Below, in pieces: positions 50,072 through 56,790 of a stretch of DNA of 56,790 nucleotides. The translations under genes were made by a program, and so were the position numbers. The stretch is taken from positions 1 through 56,790 of the forward strand of contig DASSLQ010000107.1 of assembly GCA_035689325.1 (NCBI GenBank). Reading direction: 5' to 3'. Every line of letters begins with the position of its first letter. Position 1 is the stretch's first letter. The notes beneath the pieces are model-generated. The model saw nothing but the letters and a program-made list of their open reading frames with translations, did not search any database and was not told the origin of the DNA. Source of the stretch: Burkholderiales bacterium (GTDB lineage: Bacteria > Pseudomonadota > Gammaproteobacteria > Burkholderiales > SG8-39).

Positions 50072-52738
50072 ATGCTCCGCCATTACCTCCAGCCGCTGCT
50101 TGCGCCGCGCAGCGTGGCGCTCGTCGGCGCGACCGAGCGCGAAGGCGCGCTCGGCAACATCGTGCATCGCAATCTGGCGGCGGCCGGCCTGCGCGGCCCG
50201 CTCTGGACGGTAAATCCAAAGCACTCGACGCTCTTCGGCGCAAAGTGCTATGCGCGCCTCGGCGAGCTGCCGCAGCCGCCCGAGCTCGCCGTGATCGTCA
50301 CGCCGGCGCGCACCGTGTCCGCAATCGTGCGCGAGGCCGGCCAGGCCGGCGTCAAGGCCGCGGTCGTGCTCACCAGCGGCTTCGCCGAAGTGGGCGACCA
50401 AGGCAAGCGCCTGCAGGCGGACCTGCTGGCCGCGGCGCGTGGCGCGCGCGTGCGCCTGCTCGGGCCGAATTGCCTCGGCCTCATGCGCACGGACGTCGGC
50501 CTCAACGCCACCTTTGCGCGCAGCTACGCGCATGCCGGCCCGCTCGCGCTCGTCTCGCAGTCCGGCGCGATGTGCACCGCGATGCTCGATTGGGCGTACG
50601 CGGCGGGCGTGGGATTTACCAGCGTGGTGTCGCTCGGCGGCGCGGCCGACATCGATTTCGGCGAGGTGCTCGACTTCCTCGTCGCCGACGAGCCGACGCG
50701 CGCGATCCTCATGTACGTTGAAGGCATCCACGACGCCCGCCGCTTCGTCTCGGCCTTGCGCGCCGCGGCGCGCGTCAAGCCGGTGATCGCGCTGAAAGTA
50801 GGCCGCTTTGCGAGCGGCTCGCGGGCGGCGACGAGCCACACGGGCGCCCTCGTCGGCAGCGACGCGGTGTTCGATGCGGCGCTACGGCGCAGCGGCACCG
50901 TGCGCGTCAAGACCTATACGCAGCTTTTTGCCGCGGCGCGCGTCCTCGCCAGCGGCGTGCTGCCGGCAGGCGAGCGCCTCGCCATCCTCACGAACGGCGG
51001 CGGACCGGGCGTGGTGGCGGCCGACAGCGCGGCCGAAAACGGCGTGCCGCTCGCCCAGCTCGCCGCCGATACGCTCGCGCGGCTCGATGCCGCGCTGCCG
51101 CCGCAGTGGTCGCACGGCAATCCGATCGACATCATCGGCGACGCGCCAGCCGAGCGCTTCGCCGTGGCCACGGCCGCCGCGCTCGCGGATCCGGGCGTGG
51201 ACGCGCTGCTCGCGCTTTATTCACCGGTCGCCGTGACCTCGCCGCAGGAGGCGGCGCGCGCCGTGGTGCAGGCGGCACGCGGCACGCGCAAGCCGGTGCT
51301 CGCCGGCTGGCTCGGCGACATCAATCCGAACGAAACGCGCCGCTACCTCGACAGCGAGCGCATTGCGAACTTCTATACGCCGGAGAACGCGGTAGAGGCC
51401 TTCTCGTTCGTGTGCGCCTACCGGCGCAACCAGCAGCAGCTCATGCAGGCGCCGCCGGCGCTGCACGGCGAGGAAACGCGCCCCGCGACGGCGAAGGTGA
51501 GCGCCATTCGCGACGCGGCGATCGCAGAACGCCGCAATCTGCTGAACGAGCGCGAGGCGAATGCGCTGCTCGGCGCCTTCGGCCTGCCCGTGCCACGGAG
51601 CGCGCTGGTCACGTCGAAAGAAGCCGCCATCGAGGCGGCGCGCGGCATCGGCTTCCCGGCCGTGCTCAAGATCCAGTCGCGCGACCTCGCGCACAAGAGC
51701 GACGTCGGCGGCGTGCGGCTCAACCTGCAGAACGCCGACATGGTGGCCTCCGCCTACGACGACATGATGCGCCACGTGCGCGCGCTGCGGCCCGATGCGC
51801 GCGTCGAAGGCGCGATCGTGCAGCCGATGCTGCGCTATGAGCATGCGCGCGAAGTGCTCGTGGGGGTGGCGAGCGACGCGGTGTTCGGACCGGTGATCTC
51901 GTTCGGCGCCGGCGGTGTCGCCGTGGAAGCAGTGCGCGATACCGCGCTCGCGCTGCCGCCGCTCAACGCGGCGCTCGCGCTCGAGCTGATGCAGCGCACT
52001 CGCGTGCATCGCTTGCTGGGTGCCTATCGCAACGTACCGGCGGTCGACATGGAGGCGCTCTGCGCGCTGCTGAACGGCGTCTCGCGCATGGTGTGCCTGC
52101 TGCCCTGGCTCGCCGAGATGGACTTGAATCCGGTGCTCGCCCACCCGGGCGGCGCGGTCATTGCCGACGCGCGCATCGTCATCGATCCCGCGCGCACCAA
52201 GCCGTTGCCGCGCTACGGCCACATGGCGATACACCCTTACCCGGTGGAGCTCGAGCAGGAGCTCGCGCTCGCCGACGGCACGCGCGTTCGCATTCGCCCG
52301 ATACGGCCGGAGGATACCGATCTCGAGCAGCGGTTTTTCGATTCGCTCTCCGAGCGCTCGCGCTACCAGCGCTTCATGCAGCACATGCAGCACCTGCCGC
52401 CGTACCTCCTCGCGCGCTTTACGCAACTCGACTACGACCGCGAGCTTGCGCTGGTGGCCCTCCACGCGGACAGTTTCATCGCGGTAGGACGTTACGCGCC
52501 GAACCCCGACGGCGAGACGGCGGAGTTCGCCCTCGTGGTGGGCGATGCCTGGCAAGGCAAGGGGCTCGGGCGCGCGCTGCTCGAGCGCCTGTGCGAGGCG
52601 GCACGCGCCGCCGGCTATCGAGCGCTCTACGGCGAGATCCTGAACGCCAACCACGACATGCTCGACCTCGCCCGGCGCCTCGGCTTCATCGAAGAACAGC
52701 GTGCCGGCGGCGAGGTGACCGTCGCGCGCCGCCTTTGA
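50072..52738 (+). CDS. Bifunctional ADP-forming acyl-CoA synthetase-like / GNAT acetyltransferase (Pat/YfiQ-type protein lysine acetyltransferase)
   Basis: ATG at 50072; 888 aa. N-terminal CoA-binding and ATP-grasp regions (SVALVGATEREG, LLGPNCLGLM). C-terminal GNAT (IRPIRPEDTDLEQRFFDSLSERSRYQRF...GKGLGRALLERL). Confidence 0.8.
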   Translation: MLRHYLQPLLAPRSVALVGATEREGALGNIVHRNLAAAGLRGPLWTVNPKHSTLFGAKCYARLGELPQPPELAVIVTPARTVSAIVREAGQAGVKAAVVLTSGFAEVGDQGKRLQADLLAAARGARVRLLGPNCLGLMRTDVGLNATFARSYAHAGPLALVSQSGAMCTAMLDWAYAAGVGFTSVVSLGGAADIDFGEVLDFLVADEPTRAILMYVEGIHDARRFVSALRAAARVKPVIALKVGRFASGSRAATSHTGALVGSDAVFDAALRRSGTVRVKTYTQLFAAARVLASGVLPAGERLAILTNGGGPGVVAADSAAENGVPLAQLAADTLARLDAALPPQWSHGNPIDIIGDAPAERFAVATAAALADPGVDALLALYSPVAVTSPQEAARAVVQAARGTRKPVLAGWLGDINPNETRRYLDSERIANFYTPENAVEAFSFVCAYRRNQQQLMQAPPALHGEETRPATAKVSAIRDAAIAERRNLLNEREANALLGAFGLPVPRSALVTSKEAAIEAARGIGFPAVLKIQSRDLAHKSDVGGVRLNLQNADMVASAYDDMMRHVRALRPDARVEGAIVQPMLRYEHAREVLVGVASDAVFGPVISFGAGGVAVEAVRDTALALPPLNAALALELMQRTRVHRLLGAYRNVPAVDMEALCALLNGVSRMVCLLPWLAEMDLNPVLAHPGGAVIADARIVIDPARTKPLPRYGHMAIHPYPVELEQELALADGTRVRIRPIRPEDTDLEQRFFDSLSERSRYQRFMQHMQHLPPYLLARFTQLDYDRELALVALHADSFIAVGRYAPNPDGETAEFALVVGDAWQGKGLGRALLERLCEAARAAGYRALYGEILNANHDMLDLARRLGFIEEQRAGGEVTVARRL

Positions 52739-52748
52739 CTTGCGTCAA
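52735..52748. promoter_or_regulatory. Crp/Fnr-type box TTGACTTGCGTCAA upstream of the usp gene
   Basis: Exact palindrome overlapping the preceding stop codon. Centre about 61 bp upstream of the ATG at 52803. Confidence 0.6.
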
Positions 52749-52802
52749 TAGCGGGGCAGCGCCTTGGCCTACGCTGAAGCGTCATCGTTGAGGGAGCACG
52801 AC

Positions 52803-53246
52803 ATGTTCAAGCGCATCCTGATACCGACCGACGGTTCGCCGGTGGCCACCAAGGCGATCAAGGCCGGCGTGGCGCTCGCCAAGGAAATGGGCGCCTCGGT
52901 GACCGGCTATTACGCGATCGAACCGCCGCCGACGCACGTTTACGGCGAGGGCTATCTCGCCGATCGCAAGCTGGTCGCGGAACTCGAGCGCCGCTCGCGC
53001 GACGTGGCGCAGCGCGCGGTCGACGAGGTGAGCGACGCCGCCAGGGCCGTGGGCGTACCGTGCGATACCGTGGTCGACAAGGCGGTGGTGCCCTACAAGG
53101 GCATCATCCAGGCGGCAGAAGAAAGGAAATGCGACGCGGTGTTCATGGCCTCGCACGGCCACCGCGGCCTGACCGGGTTACTGATCGGCAGCGTGACGCA
53201 GCAGGTGCTCACGCATTCCAAGGTTCCGGTGCTCGTCTTCCGCTGA
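52803..53246 (+). CDS. Universal stress protein (UspA family)
   Basis: ATG at 52803. Motifs MFKRILIPTDGS and MASHGHRGLTGLLIGSVTQQVLTHSKVPVLVFR. Confidence 0.85.
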   Translation: MFKRILIPTDGSPVATKAIKAGVALAKEMGASVTGYYAIEPPPTHVYGEGYLADRKLVAELERRSRDVAQRAVDEVSDAARAVGVPCDTVVDKAVVPYKGIIQAAEERKCDAVFMASHGHRGLTGLLIGSVTQQVLTHSKVPVLVFR

Positions 53247-53249
53247 GGA

Positions 53250-53600
53250 CTAGAACCGGCGCCCGACGACCCTGAACGTCTCGATGGCGGCGCGCATATC
53301 GGCGCGCAGCACCGCGAGCTTGCGGTGCTCGACTCTCGGCGTGCGCAGAAGCGTGGCGCCGCGCTGGAATACGCCGAAGAGCAACTCCACTTCGTCCAGC
53401 CGCCGTTGCGAGCCTGAATCCCGGTCGAGCACGTAGATTGGCGCCACCTCGGCGAGCGCCGTCGCCACGGCCTGCAGCACGGCGTTCGACTGCGCGACGC
53501 CGCTCGGCTGCAGCGGCTGTTCCATGACCTGGTGATACACGATTGCCGCCGCCGTGGAGACGGAAAGGAATTCGACGATGTGCAGGCGGGCGCGTTCCAT
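53250..53600 (-). CDS. Hypothetical 116-aa protein
   Basis: ORF with non-artefactual composition in a locally lower-GC patch. No recognisable motif. Confidence 0.35.
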   Translation of the reverse strand: MERARLHIVEFLSVSTAAAIVYHQVMEQPLQPSGVAQSNAVLQAVATALAEVAPIYVLDRDSGSQRRLDEVELLFGVFQRGATLLRTPRVEHRKLAVLRADMRAAIETFRVVGRRF

Positions 53601-53796
53601 TCGGCAGCGAATTCTGCACCAGCGGCAACGAGCGAGCGCTCATATAACGCGCGCGGGAGGCACAAGTTGTTGTTCGTTGTCCTCATGTCGGGCTGAAGCG
53701 ACGGCGTTTCGGCCGCGTTCGGCTTCACAAGCCGCAAATTCGCTACGTCATTCGAGCGCTCTGCCGCATAGTGAGAAGTCGCGAACCGGGAGGCAC

Positions 53797-54216
53797 ATGA
53801 AGCAAGTCGTCAGCAGCGTAGTTGCGATTGCTGGATTCGCGTTGCTTGCCGCAAATGTGGTCTGGGCGCAGGGCAGCAACCTTGAAAAGGCCGCGCATAT
53901 GCTCGATCAGCAAGCGCGCGCCGGCAAAGGCGAGTTCGTCACCTATCTCACGGGCGCGGCGGCCGCGTACCGCTGGGTGGGCGTGAAGAGCGATGTCGAA
54001 GGATCAGCGTCGATCTACTGCCCGCCGCCTGAAGCGCAGCTCGATGGTCGGGGCTACGCCAAGATCGCGCTGGCGGAATACGAGCGCAACAAAGGCGCGT
54101 ACGCGGGCATGAAAGACTTCCCGCTGAATGTGCTGGCGCTCGCCCTGTTGCGCGGCCTGCAGGAGCGCTATCCCTGCGCGACCGAGGCGCAAGCGCCGTC
54201 GGTGAAGCCGCAGTAG
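53797..54216 (+). CDS. Hypothetical secreted 139-aa two-Cys protein
   Basis: ATG at 53797 preceded by GGGAGG. Signal peptide MKQVVSSVVAIAGFALLAANVVWA. The pattern IYCPPP...LLRGLQERYPC faintly recalls Rap1a/Tai4-type periplasmic proteins. Confidence 0.5.
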   Translation: MKQVVSSVVAIAGFALLAANVVWAQGSNLEKAAHMLDQQARAGKGEFVTYLTGAAAAYRWVGVKSDVEGSASIYCPPPEAQLDGRGYAKIALAEYERNKGAYAGMKDFPLNVLALALLRGLQERYPCATEAQAPSVKPQ

Positions 54217-54217
54217 G

Positions 54218-54934
54218 TCAGAGCCCGAGATACGCGCGGCGGATCTCCGGCCGCGACTCGAGCTGCGCGGGCGGGCCTTCGGTGAAGAGCCGACCTTCGG
54301 CGATGACGTAAGCGTAGTCGCTGAGCGAGAACGCGAGGTGCACGTTCTGCTCGACCAGCACGATCGTCAGTCCTTCGCTCTTGAGCGACTCGAGCTTCGC
54401 GAAGAGCTCGTGCACGACGATCGGCGCGAGCCCGAGCGAAAGCTCGTCGATGATGACGAGCTCGGGATCGGCCATCAACCCGCGCGCAATGGCGAGCATC
54501 TGCTGCTCGCCGCCCGAAAGCGTGCCGGCGCGCTGGAAGCGGCGCTCCTTCAGACGAACAAAGAGCGCGTAGATGTGCTCGAGGCGCGCCGCGTAGTCGC
54601 GCGCTGCGCGCCCGGTATACGCGCCCATCTGCAGGTTCTCCTCCACCGTCATGGTGTGGAAAAGCTGCCGCCCCTCTGGCACCAGCACCAGGCCGCGGGC
54701 CGTCTTGGCGTGCGGCGCCAGCCGCGTCACGTCTTCGCCCTTGAAGAGCACGCGTCCGCCCCAGGGGCGCAAGCTCCCGGCGATAGCGCGCAAGGTCGTC
54801 GTCTTGCCAACGCCGTTCGCGCCGACAATCGTCGTCAGGCGGCCGCGCTCGGCGGCGAGCGAGATGCCCCACAGCACTTGCACCTCGCCGTACCCGGCTT
54901 CCAGCCCTTCGACGCGCAGCAGCGGTTCGCTCAT
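54218..54934 (-). CDS. livF: Branched-chain amino acid ABC transporter ATP-binding protein
   Basis: 238 aa. Walker A GANGVGKTT, signature LSGGEQQMLAI. Confidence 0.85.
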   Translation of the reverse strand: MSEPLLRVEGLEAGYGEVQVLWGISLAAERGRLTTIVGANGVGKTTTLRAIAGSLRPWGGRVLFKGEDVTRLAPHAKTARGLVLVPEGRQLFHTMTVEENLQMGAYTGRAARDYAARLEHIYALFVRLKERRFQRAGTLSGGEQQMLAIARGLMADPELVIIDELSLGLAPIVVHELFAKLESLKSEGLTIVLVEQNVHLAFSLSDYAYVIAEGRLFTEGPPAQLESRPEIRRAYLGL

Positions 54935-55677
54935 TGCGGCCGGCGCTGCACCATGCCGGGATCGCCGAGATAGGCCTCGACCACGGCGGGATCATGCGCG
55001 ACCTGCGCCGGCGCGCCTTCGCTCAGTTTCTTCCCGGAGTTCAATACGACGATGCGATCGGAGAGACTCATGATCGCCTGCATCAGGTGCTCGATCATGA
55101 GGATGGAGACGCCGCGGCCGCGAATCGTGCGCAGGATCTCGATCATGTGCGCCACCTCGGTCGGGTTGAGGCCGGCGAGCACCTCGTCGAGCATCAGCAG
55201 CGCCGGCCGCGCGGCGAGCGCGCGCGCGAGCTCGAGGCGCTTCTTGCCGGCGATGGTGAGCTCCAGTGCCGGCGCTTCGAGGCGCTTTTCCAGCCCGACC
55301 AGCGCGGCGGCCTCGTGCGCGGCTTCTCTCGCTCGGGCGAGCGGCAGGTTCTCGCGGCCGAAGCAGGCACCCACCGTGCAGTTGTCGAGCACCGTCATGC
55401 CCGCGAAGGGCTGCACGATCTGGTGCGTGCGCGCGAGGCCGAGGCGCGCCACGCGATAAGGCGCCGCGCCGGTGATATCGGCGCCGCGAAACGCGACGCG
55501 GCCGCTGTTGGGTGCGAACACGCCGTTGATCAGGTTGAAGACGGTCGACTTGCCGGCGCCGTTCGGCCCGATCAGGCCGAGGATCTCGCCCTCGCCGACC
55601 GTGAAGTTCAGCGACGCGACCGCCTGCAGGCCGCCGAAGCGCTTGCTGAGATCCGCGACCTCCAGCAGCGCGCTCAT
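54931..55677 (-). CDS. livG: Branched-chain amino acid ABC transporter ATP-binding protein
   Basis: 248 aa. Motifs GPNGAGKST and FGGLQAV, typical of LivG. Confidence 0.85.
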   Translation of the reverse strand: MSALLEVADLSKRFGGLQAVASLNFTVGEGEILGLIGPNGAGKSTVFNLINGVFAPNSGRVAFRGADITGAAPYRVARLGLARTHQIVQPFAGMTVLDNCTVGACFGRENLPLARAREAAHEAAALVGLEKRLEAPALELTIAGKKRLELARALAARPALLMLDEVLAGLNPTEVAHMIEILRTIRGRGVSILMIEHLMQAIMSLSDRIVVLNSGKKLSEGAPAQVAHDPAVVEAYLGDPGMVQRRPQ

Positions 55678-56633
55678 TCGAATATGCGCCGCAGACGCGG
55701 CCAGCGGCGGTAGAAGAAGCCCATCAGGCCGTCGGGGGCGAACTGCACGATCACAAGCAGCAGCACGCCCGCCACCACGAGCTGAAAGTTGGCGAAGGTC
55801 TCCGAAGTGAGCAGCCAGCCGCGCAGCTCCTCATAAAGGTAGGCGCCGAGCGCGGGCCCGACGATCGTGCCCTGTCCGCCGAGCATGGTGATGACGATCG
55901 CCTCGGTGGAAAGCGTGAGGTCGAAGGCGTCGGCGGGCTGGATGAACGCCCCCTTGAAGAAATACAGACCGCCGGCGACCGCGGGCAGAAGGGCCGAAGC
56001 GCTGTAGGCGAGCGCCTTGTAGCGCGGCGTCGGCACGCCGAGCACCGCTGCGGCGTCCTCGTTCTGGCCGATCGACAGGAGTCCGAGCCCGAATTTCGAG
56101 CGCTTGATGAAGTAGCTGAGATAGAGCGAGACGCCCATGATCGCAACCAGCAGGTAATAGATGATCCAGAGCGCCGGCCCCGGGCCGCCGAGCGGCTGGA
56201 ACAGCTCGGTCGAGAGATAGATGCCGGTCGAGCCGCCCCAGGGCTGGAAGTTGGTGACGAACGCCATCACCGCCTCGTTAACGCCGATGGTCGCGAGTGC
56301 GAAGTGCACGCCGCGCAGCCGCAGGATGCCAAGGCCGAAGACGAGCGCGGCGGCGGTGACGGCGGCGCCCGAGGCGACGAGCGACGGCGCGAGCCCCCAG
56401 CCGAGCGTGCCCATGAAGTACACGCAGAAGTAGCCGCCCAGCCCGAAGAACACGATGCTGCCGAAGTTGACATAGCCGGCGTAACCGAGCATCAGGTTGA
56501 GGTTGCTCGCGAGCGTGATGTACACCGCCGCGAGCAGCAGGCTCTCGCGCAGTTCGACATCGGCGCCGCGCGGCGCCGCGGCGAAGACCGCGATCGTGAG
56601 GGCGATGATCCAGAAGAACGGACGCCTGAGCAT
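55674..56633 (-). CDS. livM: Branched-chain amino acid ABC transporter permease
   Basis: 319 aa polytopic protein. NLNLMLGYAGYVNFGSIVFFGLGGY motif. Confidence 0.8.
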   Translation of the reverse strand: MLRRPFFWIIALTIAVFAAAPRGADVELRESLLLAAVYITLASNLNLMLGYAGYVNFGSIVFFGLGGYFCVYFMGTLGWGLAPSLVASGAAVTAAALVFGLGILRLRGVHFALATIGVNEAVMAFVTNFQPWGGSTGIYLSTELFQPLGGPGPALWIIYYLLVAIMGVSLYLSYFIKRSKFGLGLLSIGQNEDAAAVLGVPTPRYKALAYSASALLPAVAGGLYFFKGAFIQPADAFDLTLSTEAIVITMLGGQGTIVGPALGAYLYEELRGWLLTSETFANFQLVVAGVLLLVIVQFAPDGLMGFFYRRWPRLRRIFE

Positions 56634-56661
56634 CAGTGGACGGCGAAGGGACGCCGGAACA

Positions 56662-56790
56662 TCAGCGGACGGCGGGACGCCGCCGCCCGATCGAGATCAG
56701 ACCGCCGGGGAACGTGATGAGAACGATGACGAAGAGGACGAACTCGATGACCAGCGTCCAGCTCACCGGCATGAACGGCGTCGCCAGGCC
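56662..56790 (-). CDS. livH: Branched-chain amino acid ABC transporter permease, C-terminal fragment (gene continues beyond the window)
   Basis: Open frame from the window edge: GLATPFMPVSWTLVIEFVLFVIVLITFPGGLISIGRRRPAVR, stop at 56662-56664. Position upstream of livM. Confidence 0.6.
   Translation of the reverse strand, partial: GLATPFMPVSWTLVIEFVLFVIVLITFPGGLISIGRRRPAVR

Noticed and set aside
1-56790. tRNA, rRNA, CRISPR repeats, and large direct or inverted repeats.
   Set aside because: None were recognised by eye. The only repeats seen are intragenic domain duplications (c4-type and MtoD-like domains) and the short regulatory palindromes. A computational scan (tRNAscan, Infernal, repeat finder) would be needed to exclude small ncRNAs.

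Overview
High-GC proteobacterial chromosome segment, with gene content that looks betaproteobacterial (taxonomy cannot be established from this window). It is densely coding and almost entirely devoted to anaerobic energy and carbon metabolism. No rRNA, tRNA, CRISPR array, transposase or integrase was seen.

Gene order, left to right:
- A GltD-like/KorA/KorB 2-oxoglutarate oxidoreductase set, followed by an unknown 656-aa protein with a ferredoxin tail.
- Citrate synthase, HemG, and a FeoB-like transporter with a degenerate G domain.
- A four-gene 2-oxoacid:ferredoxin oxidoreductase operon ending in a GltD-ferredoxin fusion.
- A hemerythrin-lutABC operon, the dctPQM TRAP transporter, malic enzyme, and two lipoproteins.
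- About 21 kb (24.4-45.4 kb) of respiratory genes: E. coli-type frdABCD directly abutted by rquA (rhodoquinone synthesis), an MtoD-like monohaem cytochrome, two tandem MtoA/MtoB-type porin-decahaem modules, a dihaem c5-type cytochrome, an 825-aa fusion of two MtoD-like domains + nine-haem domain + cytochrome b (CbcL-like), two tetrahaem c4-type proteins flanking a CXXCH membrane protein, and a hexahaem/NrfC/NrfD/monohaem quinone module. I counted 50 CXXCH motifs in this block.
- Two tandem Crp/Fnr-family regulators, ccoS-ccoI, hsp20, a Pat-like acyl-CoA synthetase/GNAT, a Usp protein, two orphan genes and livFGM(H).

The most striking non-coding signal is a set of 14 exact TTGA-N6-TCAA palindromes, plus 2 near-matches. 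All lie in intergenic or gene-boundary positions in front of nearly every operon, which points to one Crp/Fnr-type regulon.

Main hypothesis: this is a rhodoquinone-centred, FNR-box-controlled system that links outer-membrane electron conduits to fumarate reduction.

Most long ORFs on the strand opposite these genes are high-GC frame artefacts.
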